Below, one piece after another: positions 28,136 to 36,550 of a stretch of DNA of 64,000 bases (its first letter is position 1; each line of letters starts with the position of its first letter). The notes beneath the pieces are model-generated. The model worked only from the letters and a program-made list of their open reading frames with translations, made no database searches and was not told the origin of the DNA. Origin of the DNA: Bacteriovoracaceae bacterium UBA6153 (lineage in GTDB: Bacteria; Bdellovibrionota; Bacteriovoracia; Bacteriovoracales; Bacteriovoracaceae); NCBI GenBank assembly GCA_002428265.1, contig DIUR01000010.1, forward strand, positions 3,639-67,638, read 5' to 3'. The translations under genes and the position numbers were made by a program.

Positions 28136-28855
28136 ATGCGTATGAAATCAAAAGTTTTGGCTTCTTTAGTTCTATTCACGTTAGTTTTTACAACAAATTT
28201 ATTCGCAAGTGAAAAAGACATTTACGAATTTTCATGGCTTGATCCTGACAAGGAAGTATTTGTTCTTCAAAATAGAAAATACAGAAAAGCTAATCGCGTT
28301 CACGTAAACGTTGGTGGTGGTATTACAACTTCAGGAGCGTTTGTTGATTCAACAGCGATTCAAGGAAGAGCAGGATACTTCTTCTCTGAAGATTTCGGAT
28401 TCGAAGGGATTTATTCAAAAAACTCTGGGAAAGAAAACGATACAGCTAAAGGCGTACGTAACAACAACCAGGGTGGATCGGGAACAACTCCATTTAGAAG
28501 AATTGTTGATAGCTACATGGGAGCTATGATTCTTTGGTCTCCGTTTTATAGCAAGATCAACACATTCAATAGCATCGTGTATATGGATTGGATTTTTGGT
28601 GTTGGTTACGGGCAACTTAAAGAAAAAAATAACAAGCTTCGTTTTACTGTAGGTCAGTCTGCAGAAGGACAAGAAACTCTTGAAACTCACAGCGGAATTA
28701 TGTGGGAAGCTGGGTTAAAGTTCTATCTATCTGAAAATTTCAACATCAGAACTGATTTAACAGCGATCCATTATAGTGCGGAAAATATTTCGACATCAGG
28801 TTCGACTTATAAATCGAACTACGATGCGACTGTGTCTCTAGGCTACTCATTCTAA
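28136..28855 (+). CDS. outer-membrane beta-barrel of the GltA/GltB/GltH gliding-associated family
   Basis: Signal peptide, VFVLQNRKYRK motif, terminal SLGYSF; first gene of the glt-like cluster. Confidence 0.75.
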   Translation: MRMKSKVLASLVLFTLVFTTNLFASEKDIYEFSWLDPDKEVFVLQNRKYRKANRVHVNVGGGITTSGAFVDSTAIQGRAGYFFSEDFGFEGIYSKNSGKENDTAKGVRNNNQGGSGTTPFRRIVDSYMGAMILWSPFYSKINTFNSIVYMDWIFGVGYGQLKEKNNKLRFTVGQSAEGQETLETHSGIMWEAGLKFYLSENFNIRTDLTAIHYSAENISTSGSTYKSNYDATVSLGYSF

Positions 28856-28871
28856 TAAAGGAGAAGTGAAT

Positions 28872-30287
28872 ATGAAAAAATCATGCTTATTGCTCTTCTT
28901 GCTTACGATTGGAATGAACGCTCAGGCTTCAATTCAAGGTGCTCGAAGAATATATCAGGTTGGCGATAAATCCCGCTACCCACAACTTGCAGCTGAATTA
29001 GTACAAGAAAAAATGTACTTTAGCGCAGCTCCATTTATTAAAGAATATCTTGCGACCAGCAGAGTTAATGATGCTGCTGTTGATAAAGTTTTAGATGATG
29101 TTATTACTGCTGTTGGTGTAAAACAATTTGAAGTACTACCAGCTAACATCCTTGAAAAATCTAATGCTCCTACAGTTCGTTATATTTTAGCGAAAAAAGC
29201 TTTTAGAGCTGGGAAATTTGATCAGGCCATTAAGTATCTTGATCGCCGAATTGAAGACTGGCATCCAGTTAAGCCTTTCGCACTTTTATTAGAAGCAAGT
29301 GCTTTGGCCGTAAGTAAAAGAGAAGATAAATCAAACGCAGTCTTTAGAGAGTGTATTGATGTTGCGAACTCTCAAATTAAAAAGACGGATAATAAAGACC
29401 GTATCAGACAGCTTCAAATTACGCGTGACTATTGCGTAGTGGGTATTCCAAGAGCTCAGTTTGCCCTTCAAAAACATGAAGAAGCAAACCTTTCATACCT
29501 TGATCTGCCAAAATCCTCATATATCTGGCCAGAAATTTTATTTGAAGAAGCATGGAATAGTTTTTATCTAAAAGATTACAATAGAACATTAGGAAAGCTT
29601 GTAACTTACAAGGCACCAGTTTTTAACTATACGTTCAATCCAGAAATTGAAGTGTTAAAAGCACTTTCATATATGGAGCTTTGTCTTTGGGAAGATTCTA
29701 AAAAAGCGGTTGAAGGATTTTATAGCCAGTATGAAACTGACAACGTTGGATATAAAAAATTCATCGATTCTTTAGGGAAAGACTACCGCCAGTATTACAT
29801 GCTGGTAAAAGATCATGCTGATGGAAAATACAAAGAAAATAAAATTCTAAGTAATGCACTGGCAAACATTGGTAGAGACCCAGCTTACCTGGAGCTTTAT
29901 AGTTCATTCAATAATGGACGTGACGAAATCGAAAGACTTAAAGGTCTTCCAAATGATGCGCTTAAGACAGCCCTTAATGAAAATTTAAGAGAGTCACTAA
30001 GCCTTCAAAGAAACCTGATCGGAAGTTATGTTCGCGGACAACTTCAGCTTTATGCTGCTCAAGTCGTAAGAGCTTTCGAAGATATGAGTTATATCAAGCT
30101 TGAAGTTTTATCTAAAAGAAAAACTGAGCTTTATGATGACGTCTCAATGCGTGAAACAGGAAGAGCGAGAGGTGATGTGGCCCACCTTCGCAGAACGGAC
30201 AAACAATATTTTTGGACGTTCAATGGTGAGTTCTGGGCCGATGAATTAGGCGATTATGTCTTCTCTTTAAAATCGGAATGTAAGTAA
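28872..30287 (+). CDS. gltC: GltC-like TPR protein of the gliding apparatus
   Basis: C-terminal FWTFNGEFWADELGDY...SEC signature and LFEEAW TPR segment; ATG 28872 lies 7 nt after AAGGAGA. Confidence 0.8.
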   Translation: MKKSCLLLFLLTIGMNAQASIQGARRIYQVGDKSRYPQLAAELVQEKMYFSAAPFIKEYLATSRVNDAAVDKVLDDVITAVGVKQFEVLPANILEKSNAPTVRYILAKKAFRAGKFDQAIKYLDRRIEDWHPVKPFALLLEASALAVSKREDKSNAVFRECIDVANSQIKKTDNKDRIRQLQITRDYCVVGIPRAQFALQKHEEANLSYLDLPKSSYIWPEILFEEAWNSFYLKDYNRTLGKLVTYKAPVFNYTFNPEIEVLKALSYMELCLWEDSKKAVEGFYSQYETDNVGYKKFIDSLGKDYRQYYMLVKDHADGKYKENKILSNALANIGRDPAYLELYSSFNNGRDEIERLKGLPNDALKTALNENLRESLSLQRNLIGSYVRGQLQLYAAQVVRAFEDMSYIKLEVLSKRKTELYDDVSMRETGRARGDVAHLRRTDKQYFWTFNGEFWADELGDYVFSLKSECK

Positions 30288-30289
30288 TT

Positions 30290-33178
30290 ATGAAAAGAAA
30301 AACACTTCTAGTACTATGTTTAGGAATATTTTTAACTAATACTCTTGTGATTAACAAGGCCCATGCTGATGTTGAGCAACGTAGGGCAGAGTTAATTAAA
30401 GTTCTGGATGAAGAGCTTAGAGAAGTGACTCGTCTCAATAAGCAGATCGGAGCTCAAAGACCCGATTTGATGTTAAGAATGGCCCAGGTCCTTCTGGAAA
30501 AAGCACGTCTACTAAAAGATTTGGAAAATCAGAAATACCTAGAAACCCCAAGTGCTCAAAGAGAGAAGTTAAATAAAGATCAGGTTTATAAAGAATCTAG
30601 AAGATACTTTGATCAAGCACAAAAGACAGTTTTAGTTCTTCTTAAAAAATTTAAAAAATTCGATGAGAAGGGGGACGCTTATTATATCCTTGCTTACAAC
30701 GCAAAAGAGTTAAAACAAGAAGAGCAGTCTAAGAAGTTTTTTCAAAAGGCCCTTGAAGAATCTAAGAGTGGTTCAGTCGTAGCCGATAAATCTCGTATTG
30801 CGCTTGCTGAAATTTATTTCAATAAAGGATCTTTCGATAAATCGATGGCCCTTTATGAAGCTGCTTTGAAAAACAAGCGTGATAAATGGTGGACGAAAGA
30901 TGCTTTTAACCTGGCATGGTCATACTTTAAAATGGGAAGATATGATAAGGCCATCGATACGATGACAGAATCGTATGAACTATCAAAAAATCCTAAATTC
31001 ATTGATATGTCTAAAAGTATTGAAAGAGATCTTGCATTCTTTTATACGGAAGCAGGTAAGTCGAACGAAGCCATCGCATTCTATAAAAAGAATGGAAAAA
31101 GTGTATCAGACATTATGTTAAAAGTAGGGCGCTACCTTAAGACTCAAGGTAAGTTTGCTGCTGCTGAAAAAACTCTTGGAGAAGCACTTCAGTATAAAAC
31201 AAGTGAGAAAGAAGAAATTGAACTCAATATTGAATTGATCAGTTTATATGAGAAATTTGGTCGTGATCAAAAGCATCTAGAAACAAGTAGAGCTTTATCG
31301 GCACAGTTTTCTAAAGGAAATCTGACTCCGGATCAAGTTGAAATTTTAAAGTTTAACGTTGATAAAATGTCAGCTCTTATTCAGCAACAGCTGGTATCTA
31401 AAACTTACGAGAATCAAGAAAAGATTCGTGAAGCAAAAGCAGCAGCAGCAAATGAATATTTCATGATGAGTGCTCTGGTTTCTCCAGAGAAAGCTCAGGT
31501 TGCTTACTTCCATGCAGGAGAGACTTATTTTGCTATCGGTAAATTTGATAAAGCAGTGCCTCTTTATGCAGAGTCGATTAAGCGCGCTCAGTTAAATAAA
31601 GATAAAAAAACTGAAGGCCAGGCCAGCAATGCGATGATGGTTTCTCTTGGTAAAGGTGTTAATAAGAAAACGACAGAGGATTACCTAATTCCAGCTTACG
31701 AAGGATTTCTTTCAGTTGAGCCAAAAGGTGATAAATCATCAGTCGTTTATCAAAGATTATTCTCAGCTCAAATGGGAAAAAAGAATCTTCCAGCAGCTGA
31801 AAAAGTTTTAATGAACTACAAAGCTAATTTTCCGGGAGAAGTAGACACTCAGGAAAAAATGCTTGCTCAGGTTATGGATTACTACAAAGACACGGGTGAC
31901 AAAGTTGCTCTAGGTAACTGGGCAAAACGAATTGAAGCCAATGAGTTCAAAGTTAATCCAGAGTATGCATCAAAAGTTAAAACTCTAGTGCTTGGAATGC
32001 AGTTTGAAAAAGTTGAACAAGCAAGTGTGAAAGGCGATAAGCGCGGAGCACTTAAAGGATATTTAGAGATTTATAAATCTCCTGAAACTGATAATGAAGC
32101 GAAGAAAACTGCTGCTTATAATATTGCAGTTCTTTTTTATGAGACAGGTGATTGGAAACAAATGCATGCATGGTCAGACCGTGCAGTAAGTATGATGACT
32201 CCGGCCGAAATTAATAAGTTTGAAAAAGATTTCATTTTGTTTACAACTGATTTATTTCAACGTCGTCAGTTTGCTGAGTCTGCAGCTTTAAGTGAAAAGA
32301 TTTTTGATAAAATTTGCACAAGCAATTCGAAAAGCACCAAGATTTTCTTTAAGAACGCGAACGTTATTTATCTGGCCGATAAGCAATTTGATAAGAGTTT
32401 AGCTCTTCTTGGAAAAGCTCCTAAGTGTGGATTAGGTAACGATGTTATCTTGCCTGGATACTTAGATCATTTAACAGAGCTAGCTGCTTCAAATAAATGG
32501 GGATCTTTTAACGAAGTCATCAAGAATTTAGAATCTTCTAAAGAAATGTGGCCACAGTTAATCTATCCATCAAGTTTGCTTGCTAGCGAATTGGAAAATA
32601 TCGGAAGACCAGATGATGCAAGAAAAGTAAGAGCAAAGATGGTTACTTATTATGAATCTGCTAGAAAATCGAAAATGGATGTTCCACTTGAAGGTTTAGA
32701 TGCAATTTCATTAATTAGATTAACTTCACTAGAAGAACAAGTTAACAAGTTAAACTCTATGAAGTTAGCGTTTCCTGAAGCTGAGTACAACAAAATGCTG
32801 AAAGCGAAATTTGTTATGCTTGATAAGATCACAACTGAAGCTATTTCAATTGCTGAATTAGGATCGGGGATTGGTATTGTTAGAGCGTACAGAATTATCG
32901 TTGAAGCTCATGAGTCTCTTCGCAATGAAATGATTGGCTTTACTCCAGAAGGAAAATCTCCAGAATACGTAAGCTCTTTTCAAAAAGGGATGGTTAAAAC
33001 CAGCGCTCCTCTAGAAAAGCAAGCTCAGGATTTTAGAGAGACAGCAATTAAGAAAATCGAAAAAGAAAATATTTTATCTTCAGACAATGGTTGGTTCCTA
33101 TCTCGCAATACGGCCTTGATTCCTGAATACTTTAATGACAAAGGGAATGTGCTGATGGATAAGGCAGGTGCAAAATGA
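30290..33178 (+). CDS. gltD: large periplasmic TPR protein, GltD/AgmU-like
   Basis: Signal peptide, many TPR-like repeats, position between gltC-like and gltE-like genes. Confidence 0.7.
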   Translation: MKRKTLLVLCLGIFLTNTLVINKAHADVEQRRAELIKVLDEELREVTRLNKQIGAQRPDLMLRMAQVLLEKARLLKDLENQKYLETPSAQREKLNKDQVYKESRRYFDQAQKTVLVLLKKFKKFDEKGDAYYILAYNAKELKQEEQSKKFFQKALEESKSGSVVADKSRIALAEIYFNKGSFDKSMALYEAALKNKRDKWWTKDAFNLAWSYFKMGRYDKAIDTMTESYELSKNPKFIDMSKSIERDLAFFYTEAGKSNEAIAFYKKNGKSVSDIMLKVGRYLKTQGKFAAAEKTLGEALQYKTSEKEEIELNIELISLYEKFGRDQKHLETSRALSAQFSKGNLTPDQVEILKFNVDKMSALIQQQLVSKTYENQEKIREAKAAAANEYFMMSALVSPEKAQVAYFHAGETYFAIGKFDKAVPLYAESIKRAQLNKDKKTEGQASNAMMVSLGKGVNKKTTEDYLIPAYEGFLSVEPKGDKSSVVYQRLFSAQMGKKNLPAAEKVLMNYKANFPGEVDTQEKMLAQVMDYYKDTGDKVALGNWAKRIEANEFKVNPEYASKVKTLVLGMQFEKVEQASVKGDKRGALKGYLEIYKSPETDNEAKKTAAYNIAVLFYETGDWKQMHAWSDRAVSMMTPAEINKFEKDFILFTTDLFQRRQFAESAALSEKIFDKICTSNSKSTKIFFKNANVIYLADKQFDKSLALLGKAPKCGLGNDVILPGYLDHLTELAASNKWGSFNEVIKNLESSKEMWPQLIYPSSLLASELENIGRPDDARKVRAKMVTYYESARKSKMDVPLEGLDAISLIRLTSLEEQVNKLNSMKLAFPEAEYNKMLKAKFVMLDKITTEAISIAELGSGIGIVRAYRIIVEAHESLRNEMIGFTPEGKSPEYVSSFQKGMVKTSAPLEKQAQDFRETAIKKIEKENILSSDNGWFLSRNTALIPEYFNDKGNVLMDKAGAK

Positions 33179-34107
33179 AAAAATTACTACCACTAATTAT
33201 TTTAATACTGGCATCTTGTTCGACAACGCCAGATAAAGCCTCAAGAGAGATTGCTTCAAGCAAAAGAGCGGTAAGCTCTGAAGAAGACTTTTCATGGGTT
33301 GAGCAACTTAACTTTGATAAAAAAACAGAAGAAAAATATAGAGCGGATAAAGATGAATTTGATTTTTCATCTTCTGATGAATCATCACATGCACTATTAA
33401 AAGAGTCTCTGACTTCATTGCCGGCCGCGAAGCTGGAAGAGACTGTCAGTAAAACTGATGACCCTTTAATGATTATCAACATTAAATGTTATCAGGGGAA
33501 ATTTGATGAGGCCCTAAAGATTGCAGACGACCAGTATTCAAAATACAAAGCCAATACTAGTTACTGGAATCAACTTGGGACTTGTTACTTTTTAAAGTCA
33601 GATTTCGCAAAGGCCATTTTGTTTTATAATAAGTCACGCGACCTAGACGCGAAATTTGTCCCACCTGTTAATAACCTTGGTGTTGTTTATCAGAAACAAG
33701 GCAAGTTCCAAAAAGCACTTTCAGCGTTTAAACTCGCTGCTGACTTGAATACTTTTGCAGTCACTCCAACTTACAATCTGGCGCAATTATATTTACGCTT
33801 TGGAACTGTTGGTAAAGCCTTGCCAATTTTCCAGGGGCTTCAAAAGCGTAGTCCTAAAGACGTTGAAGTAAGTTCTGCTCTGGCATCTTCTCATTTAATC
33901 AAGGGAGATTACCAGTCGGCCGCAGATATCTACGCTCGCTTTGATAAATCAACTCTGGCGCTTCCATCTGTTGGTTTAAATTATGCGGTTACATTAAAAT
34001 TATTAAATCGTCCTATAGATGCACAAACAGTTTTTGGAAATGTGAGTTCATCGTCAGGGCCAATTGCCGAATATGCACAGAAAGTTGAAAAATTTATCAG
34101 GAATTAA
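33175..34107 (+). CDS. gltE: TPR lipoprotein, GltE/AglT-like
   Basis: Lipobox LASC (Cys15); TPR motifs YWNQLGTCY, NNLGVVY, YNLAQLY. Confidence 0.72.
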   Translation: MKKLLPLIILILASCSTTPDKASREIASSKRAVSSEEDFSWVEQLNFDKKTEEKYRADKDEFDFSSSDESSHALLKESLTSLPAAKLEETVSKTDDPLMIINIKCYQGKFDEALKIADDQYSKYKANTSYWNQLGTCYFLKSDFAKAILFYNKSRDLDAKFVPPVNNLGVVYQKQGKFQKALSAFKLAADLNTFAVTPTYNLAQLYLRFGTVGKALPIFQGLQKRSPKDVEVSSALASSHLIKGDYQSAADIYARFDKSTLALPSVGLNYAVTLKLLNRPIDAQTVFGNVSSSSGPIAEYAQKVEKFIRN

Positions 34108-34110
34108 AAT

Positions 34111-34395
34111 ATGAAAACATCTCTAGCACTATTTTTTATTTTTCTTAGTTTAGGCGCTTCTGCTCAACAGGATATTCGCGAAGGGCAGGAAGTAAAAGTC
34201 GGAAACAAAAAAGTTATTTACACTTACAAGCAGTATGAGAAATTCGACTTCGATGATTTAAACATCGAAGGGGATTCAGGCGCTCCAAGTGACATTTCCA
34301 TTTCACCAATTCATGAAAAACGCTTTACGAATAGACTACCTTACAGAAAGTCTTTCACTGTAGAGATCAAAAAAGGTATCGAGCGCGTAAGATAG
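34111..34395 (+). CDS. cglF: CglF/GltF-like small exported gliding protein
   Basis: Signal peptide and YK-x4-FDFDDLNIEG-x4-P...R-x-SF pattern, matching the CglF family as I recall it. Confidence 0.8.
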   Translation: MKTSLALFFIFLSLGASAQQDIREGQEVKVGNKKVIYTYKQYEKFDFDDLNIEGDSGAPSDISISPIHEKRFTNRLPYRKSFTVEIKKGIERVR

Positions 34396-34512
34396 GGCAG
34401 GTGGCATCCATTATTGGCATGCCCCCTCAGAAAGCCTTTTAACCTTTCATATACTTAGCTCTTCTTAAGGGCAATGGACCGTGTTTTTGCCGATATCAGT
34501 TATACTAATCCC

Positions 34513-34962
34513 ATGAATGTTTTAAAGAACCTATCGGGTATTCAACTCACGAGGATTAAACTAGCTCTGCTACTGGCCTTCAGTACATTGTTATTGTTTC
34601 AGTTCTTTATTGGTTTTGTGTCTTTCGAAGATTATCTGATTGGCTTTGTGTACATTCTTTTTTTAAACGATCTCTATATCAAAGTTAAAAAGCCTGATCT
34701 CTTATTTTATCACGACGAAAGAATCAAGCGCTCATTGATGTCGCTTATTTTTTTAGTGCTATTTTTCTTACCGTTTCTATTGGATGCTTTTAATTTGAAC
34801 GATACTACGAGAACGTTTATTTACCGCTTAGGCTTCATGCTTTGGGCCCAGGTGTTCTTGTTAGATGCATTTGTGAATTATCGCCAGACTCAGTCTAAGC
34901 AATGGCTCCTGATTACTAATATGGCGGCGCTGATGATTGTGATTGGGGCGTTTATAAATTAG
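34513..34962 (+). CDS. hypothetical multi-pass membrane protein
   Basis: About five hydrophobic segments. ATG 34513 lies 6 nt after a TATACT box; ATG 34474 is the alternative start. Confidence 0.65.
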   Translation: MNVLKNLSGIQLTRIKLALLLAFSTLLLFQFFIGFVSFEDYLIGFVYILFLNDLYIKVKKPDLLFYHDERIKRSLMSLIFLVLFFLPFLLDAFNLNDTTRTFIYRLGFMLWAQVFLLDAFVNYRQTQSKQWLLITNMAALMIVIGAFIN

Positions 34963-35534
34963 TAGTTCTCAGGAAATAAGCTACGCTCAATTCCTTCGAT
35001 AAAAATGTGAATACACTTAATATGAATTTCTTGAATGCGATCACTGATAGGTGAGTCGACAACTAATGCCACATCAACCATGTCTTTTAATTTCCCGCCG
35101 CCTTTACCTAAAAGGCCCACAACTTTCATTCCTTTCTTTTTTGCAGCTTCAACAGCTAAAAGAACGTTTGGTGAATTTCCAGAAGTAGAGATAGCAAGAA
35201 GAATATCACCCTTATTTCCCCAAGCTTCTACGTAACGAGAGAAGACGACATCGTAGCCGTAGTCGTTTGATACGCAAGTCAGGTGAGAGGGATCGTTGAT
35301 TGCCATAGCGGCAAGAGGCTTACGTTCTTTTCTGAATCGTCCGGTTAACTCTTCAGCAAAGTGCATGGCATCGCACATAGATCCGCCATTTCCGCAGCTG
35401 AAAGCTCTTCCGTTATTCTTAAAAGACTCGACCATCAGTGAGATGGCCGAATTTATTTTTTCAGAATTATCTTTGTTCTCAATAAACGAGTTTAATGTTT
35501 TTTGAGCATCTAAAAGTGATTCAAGAACGAACAT
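34959..35534 (-). CDS. gmhA: D-sedoheptulose-7-phosphate isomerase
   Basis: CGNGGSMCDAMHFAEE, STSGNS, DRIQEIH. Confidence 0.96.
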   Translation of the reverse strand: MFVLESLLDAQKTLNSFIENKDNSEKINSAISLMVESFKNNGRAFSCGNGGSMCDAMHFAEELTGRFRKERKPLAAMAINDPSHLTCVSNDYGYDVVFSRYVEAWGNKGDILLAISTSGNSPNVLLAVEAAKKKGMKVVGLLGKGGGKLKDMVDVALVVDSPISDRIQEIHIKCIHIFIEGIERSLFPENY

Positions 35535-35537
35535 GGG

Positions 35538-35861
35538 TTATGCCATTTCTTCTAGAGACTTTTTGATTTCATCTTTTGCTTGAACTCCAACAAGAGTTTT
35601 TGCAGCTTGACCATTTTTGAAGAAGATCATTGTTGGGATCCCACGGATACCATATTTTTGAGCTAGCTCAGGATTGTCATCTACGTTTACTTTTACGATT
35701 TGAGCTTTTTCGCCTAATTCTTTAGCAACGTCGTCAAGTATTGGTCCAAGTACGCGACAAGGTCCACACCACTCAGCCCAGAAATCTACTAGAACTGGTT
35801 TGTCTGATTTTAATACGTCTGATTCAAAATGTGCTACGTCTGTTTTATTTACTGAACTCAT
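35538..35861 (-). CDS. trxA: thioredoxin
   Basis: DFWAEWCGPC, IRGIPT. Confidence 0.97.
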   Translation of the reverse strand: MSSVNKTDVAHFESDVLKSDKPVLVDFWAEWCGPCRVLGPILDDVAKELGEKAQIVKVNVDDNPELAQKYGIRGIPTMIFFKNGQAAKTLVGVQAKDEIKKSLEEMA

Positions 35862-35990
35862 AAAGTTCTCCTTTTGGTTTAAGGTTCATTCTACCTAAGT
35901 CTCTGAGGAAATGAAAACTTAAAAATATTCTGCAATGCAATTGGAAGCTATAAAATGAGCTTAACTTATGAGCTAAGGAGGGGTTTTCCT

Positions 35991-36019
35991 TTGCAAATTG
36001 CCTGGGCTATCACTAAGAT
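35991..36019 (+). promoter_or_regulatory. sigma70-type promoter, probably giving a leaderless RDD-polA transcript
   Basis: TTGCAA-17 nt-TAAGAT, then 6 nt to ATG 36026; no RBS. Confidence 0.55.
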
Positions 36020-36025
36020 TGATTT

Positions 36026-36529
36026 ATGGATAGAAAGTATCTATTAGAAAAAGCGATACGTGTCGCAAAATTAACCCGCCTGATTGCTAAAGCGATAGAT
36101 ATTTTTATCGTGGCGTGTTTTTCAATTTGGTTTTACCCACTGGGTATCGTACTGGGAATAATTTATATTTCTATATGTGACGGTATGAGTAATGGGCAAT
36201 CGGCCGGTAAAAAGTTTATGGGCTTTGCAGTGAAGTCCCTCGAAGACGGCTCGCCTTGTTCGTATAAGCAGTCGGTAATTAGAAATCTTCCTTTTACACT
36301 TCCGCTTTTAGTCGCATTAGTTTTTGCAATTCCAGGTATTATTCTCGGCGCCATTTTAGGTGTCGTTCTTATTGGTTTTGAGCTTTATCTTCTTTACAAT
36401 CTCGACTCAGGACATCGTCTCGGAGATGTCATGGCAGATACCTCTGTTATGGCCAACGATGACAACTTCGCAGGAGTCAAAAATAGAAAGACAAGTTGGT
36501 GGACTTCGGATACACCTGGTTCTATTTAA
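36026..36529 (+). CDS. RDD family membrane protein
   Basis: RLIAKAID, GQSAGKKFMG, RNL and HRLGDVMADTSV motifs. Confidence 0.88.
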   Translation: MDRKYLLEKAIRVAKLTRLIAKAIDIFIVACFSIWFYPLGIVLGIIYISICDGMSNGQSAGKKFMGFAVKSLEDGSPCSYKQSVIRNLPFTLPLLVALVFAIPGIILGAILGVVLIGFELYLLYNLDSGHRLGDVMADTSVMANDDNFAGVKNRKTSWWTSDTPGSI

Positions 36530-36550
36530 TACAATTTCAGGATCACTATT

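Noticed and set aside
34396-34431. GGGCA...TGCCC hairpin after cglF as a terminator or small RNA
   Set aside because: The stem is short and irregular with no adjacent U tract; too weak to call.
34470-34496. GCCGATAT as a FliA promoter for the membrane protein gene at 34513
   Set aside because: The -35 position reads GGCAATGG, a poor match; the adjacent TATACT is the simpler explanation.
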